The notes under the pieces are model-generated. The model did no database searches. It was not told the DNA's origin and saw nothing but the letters and a program-made list of their open reading frames with translations. 34,389 bases of DNA from Psammoneis japonica (Eukaryota): NCBI GenBank assembly GCA_008632985.1, contig QPGO01000389.1, forward strand, positions 1-34,389. Reading direction: 5' to 3'. Position 1 is the first letter of the stretch; each line of letters begins with the position of its first letter. The position numbers and the translations under genes were made by a program. Shown here one piece after another: positions 24,501 through 33,937 of this stretch.

Positions 24501-25589
24501 GACCTCGCCATTGCCATGAAGGACCCTCAATCTTTCGTCGATGCTCTCACGGAAAAGTGCAAGTTCAAGCTCAAGGGTGCGGGACTGATTGAGTTCCACC
24601 CAGGCTGCGACTTTTCCCGGGATCCTGACGGCACCTTGTGCCTGTCTCTGCGCAAGTGCATCGAACGTGTGGTTGACAGCCACACACGACTGTTTGGGGA
24701 GAAACCTGCCACCAATGCCCTGTCACCTCTGGAGAAGGGTGACCACCTTGAACTGGACACTTCCAAACTGCTGGGGCCCGATGGCATTCAACAGTTCCAG
24801 TCTCTTGTTGGTTCACTCCAATGGGCAGTGTCCCTTGGTCAAATTGACATCACCACGGCCATCATGTCACTCTCTAGCTTCCGAGCTGCGCCCCGTCAAG
24901 GCCACTTGGATCGTGCCAAATGCATCTGTGGGTGCCTCTCCAAGATGCGACATGGCGCTCTCCGCGTTTGCACGGAAGAGCCCGACCATTCGGATCTCCC
25001 TGCTCCGGCCTGTGAATGGATGCATTCCGTGTGCGGCGAGGCAGAAGAGATGATCCCGAAGGACGCTCCACCGCCCCTTGGCAAGTTCGTCACCACCACC
25101 CACTGCGTCGATGCAAACTTGCACCATTGCATGCTCACTGGACGCTCTGTCATGGGAATGCTCCACTTCCTCAACAAATTCCCGGCTGATTGGTTCTCTA
25201 AGAAGCAAGCCACCGTGGAGACTGCGACCTGCGGGTCTGAATTTGTTGCCGCAAGGACTTGTGTTGAGCAGATTGTCGACCTGCGCATCACCCTGCGCTG
25301 CCTCGGCATCCCGATCCGTGACATCAGTTGCATGTTCGGTGACAACAAGTCAGTTGTAGACAGTGCCACCATCCCGCACTCCAAGTTACACAAGCGACAC
25401 ACCGCACTGTCATTCCACCGTGTGCGCGAGGCAATTGCCTCTGGTTGCCTTGAGCTCCACTTCATCGAAGGCTCCCGCAACCCTGCTGACATTCTCAGCA
25501 AGCATTGGGGTTGCTCCAAGTCTGGGACCTTCTCCGCCCCCTCATGTTTTGGAACTTCATTCCATCCGAAGTCGAATCTGTTTCTGTGA
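21592..25589 (+). pseudogene. pol: C pol: protease, integrase, chromodomain-like region, RT, RNase H (disrupted)
   Basis: PR VDRGANGG; IN SEPHQQHQNFAER; RT DIGNACL/KALHGLRSSG/VHVDD; RH VDANL/VETATCGSEF/GDNKSV/NPADILSK. Confidence 0.93.
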
Positions 25590-25610
25590 CTCCTCAAGCA
25601 AACTGGGGAG

Positions 25611-25886
25611 TGACAGGATTTGAACAGGATTTGGGTGCGCGCGAAATGTCGCGCGCTGTTTAGTTCACCGCGCACAGTTTTGTGTGCTTCAGTTCCGCAC
25701 GTTCGCGCGTGATGCAGTTTGCTTTTGAGCCACTCGGCTCACAAGAATGATGACAGCAGCCCGACTGTGCCGACTTGCATGTCCTTCGGCTCCTGCAACG
25801 GGCTCTGAGCGGAGACTCATCTGCTGTTTAGACAGCAGCAAGGAGTCATTGTTTGAATTCTTGCCATTTGCCTTCAATTTCTGTCA
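25611..25886 (+). repeat. 3' LTR of C
   Basis: Preceded by PPT; followed by TSD AGTCG. Confidence 0.95.
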
Positions 25887-27743
25887 AGTCGGCCGGAAGC
25901 TGGGAACACCAATGTCCCAAGGTGGCATGGAGCAGCGGAGATGCAAAAGGGTGGAGCAAGGTGAGCACAACCTGAAGTGGTCCAAGTGGCACGTCCTTGA
26001 ACCCCAACTCAAAGTCGAATTCTGCGTGCCACGCTCCAGGATCCAGGAAGAGGGTGCTGGCCTGCTGAGTCGGCGCAGGAGGTGACTCATCCTTCTGCCC
26101 ATGCTTGGCAGCACCGTGAGTGGTCGACCAACAGACGGCACTTGGCACACCAGTGCCAAGTCTTGCCCTGAGCAACCTTGGACTCAGGTTGTCCGGGACG
26201 AGGTGCGACCTTCTTCCAGTTGCGCGTGACGCCGCCGTTGCCGTTGCCTCCGTTGCCACCTTGACTCCCATTGCCACTGGAGCAGGTCCTGCCCCTTCCT
26301 CCTTGTCCTCCACCGTTTTGCCCAGGGTTTGAGCCGCCTTGGTTGTTTCCAGCACCCTCACTGGACTTGTTGGGACAGTCACGTGCCCAGTGTCCGAGCT
26401 TGCCGCAGTTGTTGCACGGAGAGCTTTCCGGAGTCTTCTTGCGGGGAGCAGCCGTCTGCTGGAAGAGAGCATTGAACTGGGCCTGAGTGAGTGGAACTCC
26501 AACCGTTTGACAAGTGGCTGAGGGATCAAGCACCAGGTTTCCAAAGGCTCTGGGAGTGGCTTTGGAGTCTCTCGCGTGCTTGACAGGATCCCACTGCATG
26601 TTGTTCTTGAACAAGCGGCAGCGGTCCAGGATCTTTCCAATGACTTGAGAGCAGGCAAGGTTCCTGGACGCAAGGCATCGTTTCGCGTCCGTTTTAGACT
26701 TGTGCGCTGTCTCAACGAGTGCTTTGCTCAAGTTCTCTTTCATGGTGCGAAGGGCGTGCTTGAACTGCTGACCGTTTTCGCCATCCCCACCAGCTTCCAG
26801 GCAAGCGTTGACCAAGGCAAGCGTTAGCTTGTGGTCGCACTGACCCGCAACATCTGAGCGTTCGATGGACGTGCTCTGGAGGATCACAACGAGAGCCATC
26901 CAGACTTTCAGAAAGCAATCCGACTCTTCCCATCTCCAGATCCAGCTGTGCAGCTAGGCCAGCCTCCAAGGAGTTCTTGAGAAACTCAGCAGCGTCCCTG
27001 TCATTGGATGAATCGCAGGAGTCACACTTGGCGAGTTGAGGTGCGACAAGACGGGCGACACTCGATTTGGAATGCCGAGGATGTCCTTCAACGCAAGACG
27101 TCACGGAAGTTGAGTCCTCGGGGTCCTGCAGGTAAGTTGCCGCATCCAAACTGCAGTCCTTGAGATGCTTCATCACGTTCTTCTCAAAGGTTGCAAGATC
27201 TCCCTTCTTGTCAAACTTGGTTGAAAGTCCAGCAACGCGGCAGGCCTTGCTCTTCTGGGTGGAAGAAACGTGGTGGGAGAGATGCTGATTTGGAGACGTT
27301 GGACTGGAGTTGGGAGTTTCCAATCCGGACCAGTCAGCCTTGGGTTTCCCACCGGTCCAAGCAACTTTCTCAGTGGAACCAATGGTGACAACCCCCCCCA
27401 TCTTAGCAGCCTTGGGTTTGTAGACTTTCGTCTTCGGCATCGCCACGGCTGCCATGGCAGCCACAGCCTGAACAGTGCGACGTTCGTCTTCCGTCACACC
27501 AGAGCCTGCAGCGGGCTCGTCATCGTCATCATCCGAGTCATCATCTGAGTCGTCCGGGCGATGTTCCAAGGGCGGAACAGGGTTGTCCTCTGGGTTGTTA
27601 GGGTCCTGAGGTGGTGGATTATCCTCTGGTGGAGGTTGATCCTCAGGAGGCTGGTCCTCGAACACTTCGGGGTCGTCAGCCATGTCCGACAGCGCGCTTG
27701 AAGCCATCGAGTCGGACCAATCGTCTGGGACATTCTCAATCAA
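25887..27743 (-). pseudogene. gag: B gag (frameshifted) with CCHC zinc knuckle
   Basis: CNNCGKLGHWARDC (CX2CX4HX4C); AWTGGKP and ND..A.EFL.NSL motifs; Gly/Asn-rich linker; second WHWCAKC..WSTTH motif. True start uncertain. Confidence 0.85.
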
Positions 27744-28017
27744 AGAGTGCGAGCTGGAGAACTCTCTTGGGTCTCAGGAGGGCCATGGGGTGGAGTGGGG
27801 CCTGAGATGGTGCACGTGCAAAATCAACAACAAACCTTCTGGCGGAACCAGCCATTCAGCTGACGGAGTCAGTCGCAGCACTTGACATCAAGAGCGCGGA
27901 GCGCAGCTGATGAGGAGCACTGACGGCATCAGAGCCATTGACAGGGTTGCTCTGGTTTGGGCGTCCCCAACCAGAAGCGCAGAACGTGTTAAGTTGCCCC
28001 AATTGGGCGAACCAACC

Positions 28018-28490
28018 AGTCGAAGCTCGCGTGTCGACGCAAGCTCCGAGTGCCTTCCCAACGCATCGACTGGATGTCCACTCCAGATCGACACCTCAGG
28101 CAGAGTGCAAGTAGATGGAATCCACTGATAGCAGCAATGAGCATTTAGTCTTTCACAAAAGTGCTAGTGACCAAATTACAAGCTGCATGGACTGAATCTG
28201 CTGAGTGCACCCAAACAGAGAGGTTGATCCGCAGGTTTGTGCCAGTGACCAGCACAAACTTCAGGGTCAACCACATTCACAACAATCATCCAAATGCTGC
28301 TGAACCAATCTGTGGTTGGTCCAACATCTATGCAAAGCCTATGATCTCCAAAGCACCGCCTATGATCCCCAAAGCATTCGGCTTGAGAATCAAGTCGACG
28401 TGGCGCGAAAAGAATTTCAACAAGAATTCCGACTGACGGAAGTACAGACACAACAGAGAATCTGGGTCGGTGGACAGACGAACCACGACT
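28018..28490 (-). repeat. 5' LTR of B (~473 bp)
   Basis: Aligns with 13113-13582; retains many TpA sites lost in the other copy. Confidence 0.93.
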
Positions 28491-28540
28491 ACAGAGAAGC
28501 GTGTCGGGGCCGAAGAAAAAGAACAAGAAGTCGCGCGACG

Positions 28541-29491
28541 ATGACGATGGTTGGAAAGTCGTTGGGCGACAACTCCTCGCCCGCCATGGCTGAACTCACT
28601 CGGGAGGAGTTTCCGTTCCGAAAGAAAGAAAACAACTTTTCATTCAATCACAAGGACTGTATTGGGCTTTTCCTCAATCTAGTGCTATGGCTTTTTCTTG
28701 TGTGCCTTTGTCGCCGAGACTTTTTATTGGCACTTCTGTGGCTGATTGTGCTCGTTGTTTGCATCTGGTGGAAGCCAAGTCGTGTTCTTTCCATGGCGTC
28801 TCTTTTCTTTGCCTTATTCCTCCGGACGCCTGAATTTCTCGACTTGAAAACTCAATTCCCACAACATGCGCTTTTCGAAGATCCCGCGACATTTGCAATG
28901 CTTCAAAAGGAAGTACGAGCGTACTTGGCCCGGACCAACGGTGGGAAGGATGTAGCCGCAACCAAGGATAGCTACGGCAGAGAGAACGAATACATTGGCA
29001 GTGGCGGTTGTGGAGAAAACCAGTGGCGCATCTTGTCCATCAAGGTAACGCGTGTCCACATGAAAGGGGCAAGCGAAGAATTTCCCACTCTGTGTGCACT
29101 GTTGGAGAAGTGTCCCGACGTTATTGCCTGCGTCCTTTCCATCCTCGAGCCGAAATGCAAAATCCCAATGCACGTTGGATACTATAAGGGACTGATGAGA
29201 TTCATGGTCCCCGTCATCGTGCCAAAAGACAGAAACAACCTTTGGTTAGCAGTGAACGGAATCAAGTACCATTGGGAGGAGGGCAAGACAGTTCTATGGG
29301 ATGACACTTTCCCCCACGCCGTCTACAACACCACGGACGAAGTGCGTGTATTGTTCTATTGCGACGTATTGAGAACCCACAACATGCCGTGGTGTGCTCG
29401 TAAGTTGAATCAATTCATGGTCTATTTGTTTGAGATGAGCGGCGTTGCGGAAGCAGAAATCAAGAAAAACGAGGTCAAGAAAAGGATATGA
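28541..29491 (+). CDS. Membrane-anchored aspartyl/asparaginyl beta-hydroxylase family (Asp_Arg_Hydrox / LpxO-like) Fe(II)/2OG dioxygenase, ~316 aa
   Basis: Open frame. Motifs LSILEPKCKIPMHVGYYKGLMR, YHWEEGKTVLWDDTFPHAVYN and RVLFYCDV; N-terminal hydrophobic helices; normal Tyr and TpA content. The ORF-track extension to 28316 lies inside the LTR, so the first ATG outside the LTR was chosen. Confidence 0.88.
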   Translation: MTMVGKSLGDNSSPAMAELTREEFPFRKKENNFSFNHKDCIGLFLNLVLWLFLVCLCRRDFLLALLWLIVLVVCIWWKPSRVLSMASLFFALFLRTPEFLDLKTQFPQHALFEDPATFAMLQKEVRAYLARTNGGKDVAATKDSYGRENEYIGSGGCGENQWRILSIKVTRVHMKGASEEFPTLCALLEKCPDVIACVLSILEPKCKIPMHVGYYKGLMRFMVPVIVPKDRNNLWLAVNGIKYHWEEGKTVLWDDTFPHAVYNTTDEVRVLFYCDVLRTHNMPWCARKLNQFMVYLFEMSGVAEAEIKKNEVKKRI

Positions 29492-29649
29492 ATTTCTTTC
29501 CAAAACCAAATCCCCGGTCGGGGCTGTTTGGAGATTGAATTAAAAATGACTAGGTGGGCGGGTTAACTTGCGACTTCAAAATTTTGTACTAGCAGAACCG
29601 ACGAACCCTGCAAGGGAGTCTACTTACCGTACCTACGGCCACATAGTTG

Positions 29650-32600
29650 AGTGGCCAAAGGCGTGGTTTAAAGAGGCGTCGGTGCGATGTGATGTGTGGG
29701 GTGAGGATGAACCGTTCGGCACAGACGCGTGAGCGGCAGAGCATGAATGACGCCCCCGCCCAGTGGATGGGATGCCACCAAAACAAAATGGTAAATGGAA
29801 CGATCCCCAGCAGAGCGTCAACCAACAGTTCAATTGCAACGCAGTCTCTTGCATCGTTGAGCATGGAGTCTATCACATGTTGGTGACCAAGGCAAGGAAG
29901 ATGCCACAATTGTTCGTTGCGCGCCACCGTCAAGTTGAAATTGACTGGAACTCGTGCCTTGTGTTTGTGCCAAATTTCTTCCTTTTTGCACTTGTTGCAC
30001 CCGTTCGGTCATTGGGTCGGTTGTTGTGTGACTCTCGCAGTTCAGGTTGGTTCTGTTGCAACTGCAGGGTGCTTGTGAATGCTGTTGGCACTGGGGCACA
30101 AGGAAGAGGTTCTGCAGTTCGAAAGCCATTGTCGACAAGAGCAAAAGAGCTTCTTGTTCTGGAAGATCGGAAGATCATCAAAAAGGTGTGCACTCTGCTC
30201 TTTAACAATCCCTCAAATTGAGTCTTGTTTCCACCTCCCTGCAACAAACAACATCTGAGCAATGCAAACCACAAGAATGCCCCTGTTCACAATGATGATC
30301 TTGTTGATGAGATGAGCCCATTTTGCATCGTTCAACTCTTGAAGAGCCTCAATGAAGACTTGCTTGAGCTGGCTGAAGGTGACAGCATCAGATCCAGCTG
30401 CCTTGTGGCAGTTTGTCAATGGCAAACAAGCCTGAACATCAGCAGCCCTCTTCTGGAGGTTCTTGTCTTTCTTGGATCCAGGCACCTTGACTTGGGCAGT
30501 GATGGGAACTTGAGTGGTGGTGCCAGCAGCTTGAGTGCCATTTGCAGGATTGGCGACTTGGCCCACAGGAATTGTGGCACCTGATGCCTGCCAGGTTGTG
30601 TTGGAATGTGTCTTGATGGCAGTTTGGACACAATGACACATGTCCAAAAAGGGTGCAACCACCTGAAACCATTGTCAGCAAAGTTGCAGACCAATGAAGT
30701 CATTGACAACATGGAGACCATCGGCAGCTTGACAAAAAAGAGTTCCACCTTGGTTGAGGTGGCCAGCCAGTGTCATGCTGCCGGATGTGAGTGACATCTT
30801 TCTGAAACATGTCAAGCATGGCAAAATTGGTCACTGTTGCAAGGAAATTTCCTCCAGGATTGAATTCCAGGAGGCAGGAGTGGCCTGGAGGGATGGGAGT
30901 GCCATCAAGAGAGAAGCTGTGACAGGCCAATCAAAAAGTGAAGGTGCCAGAGAGATGCAGGGCATCATGAACATTGCCATCCTCAAGTGGCGGACCTGCG
31001 ACATCATCTGGAGGAGTCTTGGCTCAAGGTAAGTTGAAAATGTGATGACATCAGCTTGACACACCAGAGTGTCAAAGTGTCCCCCAAAACATTGGTGAGC
31101 ACCCAACCTGGGAACAACTTCTCTGACAGTGTTGCAAAAGTTTGAAACAAACTTGACTTCATTGCCACCATTGATGAAGGGGCAGGCTTTGCAGCAGGAG
31201 TGAAGCAGCCTCTGCAGAACACAAGGAACTGGTCAAACTGACCACATGCATGATTGGCAAGAGTTGCATCAGTGTGTCATGGCAAAGGACATGCTTGGGC
31301 TGGTTGAGCACAAACTTGGTTTGTGTGGTCCCAGACTGTGCAAACAGCACTTGACAGTGGAGGCTTGGCCACACTCAACAGTGGCAAAGACCATGGCAGC
31401 CATGGCAGGATGGGAGACAAACAGGAGACTTGAAAGGTGGGTGGGGAAAGGCAAAACCAAGGTTTTTGGGAGAGAAACAAGGTTTTTGAATGAGAAATGA
31501 AGCTCAGAATGCAGAAGAAATCATGCCAAAAAGTCAGAGTAAGTTGGTAGAAATTGCTTCACATGATCAGAATTAAATGAGCAAGGCTCTGCAAAAGTGA
31601 GAGCCATGTAGAGCAGGTCAAAATTTTGACTGACAGAAAGAAAATGGGGGAGAAATGATCCTGTCCTGTGAGAGATTTGAAATCTTGGAAAGTCGTGGTC
31701 ACAATTTTTCTTGCAGGAGACCACAGAACATGCAAATGATCTGCCAGTTGCATCAGCAATCAAACATTTGCAGAGGCTCCTGGATCCAAGAGATGTGTTT
31801 GAAAACATGTGTGGAGCAATGTCGGAAATTGTGCAGAACATTTTTTGTTGACACCATTTTGAGAAGAATTGTCCTCTCTGAAAATTCAAAAACAGAGCAT
31901 GTTCAGAACACAATGTGACACAAGAACATTTCATGTGGAACTGTTGCAATGGTCAGAATGTGTTTTCTGCATGAATGTGCATTGAACAGACATGAGATCT
32001 GAAGTCTGAAGACCGCAACAGCAGACAAGAAGAAAAAGATGCAATGCAAAGGCTGATTTTTCACAGTGACCTGACAATTGCAAGGGAGCAGACCCAAACA
32101 ATGCCAGGCCCCATTGACAGCATGCTTGCACTCTGACATTGAGATCAGACAAAACAAGGTGGGCTGCACTGCAATCTCAATCAACTGGCTTGCAGAGGTC
32201 ACCTGGATCTGGTGCGTTCCAAGAGGGCATTTGCAGTGGTGGAAACATTCTCCCAGCCCACCAAAACCAAAACAAAAACACCGAACTGCATTGTTTGCAC
32301 TTTGACAAGAAAAGTCAGAAGCAGCAAGAGCAGTGCAGTGCAGTCATCACGTGCAAGAATTAGCTTGGCTTGCAGAATCTCTCCAGATCCAAGATGACAG
32401 CTGATTCATCATGGCACATTGCAGGCTGATCAAGACAATCAAGCTAAACCATGGCATCAAACAGCACCACATGCAGCTTGTGGGTGATTGCACGAGGCAT
32501 GCCACTCAACACAAGCAATGTTTTCAGCATTGTTGGTCCACATCCATGACTGGAAAAACCGGATGTGGCCAGACCTTTTGCAGCTTTTGATGCCTGGCCA

Positions 32601-33600
32601 TGCCATTTGCAAACCTGCACCAGGAGTGCACAGACTCTGCATGACCATCTGAAGTGAACTCCATGATCAAATGTGCCAAATGAAAAGTTCACCATGACGG
32701 CTCCATTTTTGCTGGTGGCTGCAACCAGCACACCTTCAACAACAGCTTGCATGAGAACAAAAGACTCTCCTTCCTGTCGTTTGGATGAATGCTGTTTCAT
32801 TTTGAGGTGGAGGTGACTGGTGTGATCATTTCAAAGTGAAAAGAGCACAAAAATCGTCTGCCACTGGCATTTTGTTTGTTTGCCATCATCTTGACTGGGA
32901 CTTTTTCATGCTCAACATTCTTGTCTGAGATCTTCCATGCATGCCATTCTGGGCACTCGAGTGATTTTGATGAAATTGCATGGGGACTTGTGGCATCTCA
33001 GCAATGAATGTGAGCATTTTGCACCAACACACTAAACATGTCTCGCATGTGCTCTTACGAGTTGTGTCTTGCCACATTTTGTTGTTCAAATTTTGGATGG
33101 AAAGTGAATGGATGCTTGTGTCTGAGAAATGAAGCAATGAAAAATCTCTGCAAGCAATGGAGACTGCATCAAGTCAAGTTTCCTTCCCACCAGGAGTTCA
33201 TTTTGTTGCTTTGTGGATTGGACGATTGCCTCCAGCTGGGGAACTTAAAAAGGCATTTTTGTCTGCATGTGATTGCCTTTGTCTTTGAATGATCTCCCAA
33301 GTTCACAAAGTGCAGATCTTCACCTTTTTTGTGTGACCACAGAAGACACCTCAGCTTCAGTTGCTGGTGCGAACTTGCGTGGTGGCACGGGCGGGAGCTC
33401 GCCGTTGCGGCTCCGTTCTTGCCCACAGCAGCTGCACCTTCTTCAAGAATGGCTTGCATGAGAACAAAAGACTCTCCCATCTGTTGTTTGGTTGAATGCT
33501 GTCTGATTTTGAAATGGAGGCAAGCAGCAAGTTTGTTTTGAACGCACAAGAGCCACGACTGGCAGAACCTGGCACGCCGGCGATTGATTCGTGGCCCCCA
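29650..33600. other. Unclassified, heavily degenerate TpA- and CpG-depleted region (probably old repeat relics)
   Basis: Same dinucleotide signature as the retroelements, plus strong CpG loss; fragmented minus-strand coding-like stretches around 29900-31400; no diagnostic motif recognised. Boundaries approximate. Confidence 0.5.
32698..33520. repeat. Diverged ~115-bp direct repeat (32698-32813 and 33408-33520)
   Basis: Identical 26-bp core GCTTGCATGAGAACAAAAGACTCTCC at 32745-32770 and 33452-33477, with similar flanks. Confidence 0.8.
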
Positions 33601-33937
33601 ACTAAGACGAACTCGTTTCTCATGCATTCAGAAGCCTTGGAATGCCGCTACAAATCGATTTCCCCCCATGCATTTCATGCGCCCTTCTCAAGAATCGTCG
33701 TAACAGATCCAGTCAATTGTTCCAGGAAAAACGCAAATTACTGGGGGGAAAACACGGATTACTGGATCTTTCGCGTGCAATGCATTGTGTAGTGCTACCG
33801 GTACCACACTCACTTCTAAAATAGATGCATAGTACAAGTAGTCTCTGTTTATTCTAACAGCACTGCGGTCCAGAGAATAAACCCGTGCTCCTTTGTACTG
33901 CAGAGAAGGATCACCAAGAAATACAGAATTCAGCAAA

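Larger units (their letters stand above)
18221..25886 (+). mobile_element. Ty1/copia LTR retrotransposon C (CoDi-like), nested in B in opposite orientation
   Basis: 276-bp LTRs 18221-18496 / 25611-25886 with TGACAG...CTGTCA ends; TSD AGTCG at 18216-18220 and 25887-25891; PPT GGGGAG 25605-25610. Removing C restores the B reading frame (..LPAD|WWIVG..). Confidence 0.96.
13113..28490 (-). mobile_element. Ty1/copia LTR retrotransposon B, degenerate, interrupted by element C
   Basis: LTRs 28018-28490 (5') and 13113-13582 (3'); TSD ACAGA at 13108-13112 and 28491-28495; PPT GAGAGGGAG (- strand, 13583-13591); gag-PR-IN-RT-RH order on the minus strand. Confidence 0.95.

Noticed and set aside
13771..25589. 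Alternative genetic code or Tyr reassignment to explain the missing Tyr
   Set aside because: Neighbouring host genes use TAY normally, and the same change affects non-coding LTRs.
1200..28490. Classical RIP or ADAR/APOBEC editing as the cause of the bias
   Set aside because: RIP creates TpA rather than removing it. Editing of the RNA or cDNA would be strand-biased and would not readily give TG in one sister LTR and CA in the other, or a gradient with distance to a gene.
28316..28540. N-terminal extension of the hydroxylase (391-aa ORF call)
   Set aside because: It starts at a non-ATG codon inside the B LTR; the open frame is probably incidental.
1..33600. Hundreds of overlapping Cys/His-rich ORFs in all six frames
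   Set aside because: Loss of TpA removes TAA/TAG stops and creates TGY/CAY codons, so long spurious ORFs and fake metal-binding motifs are expected.
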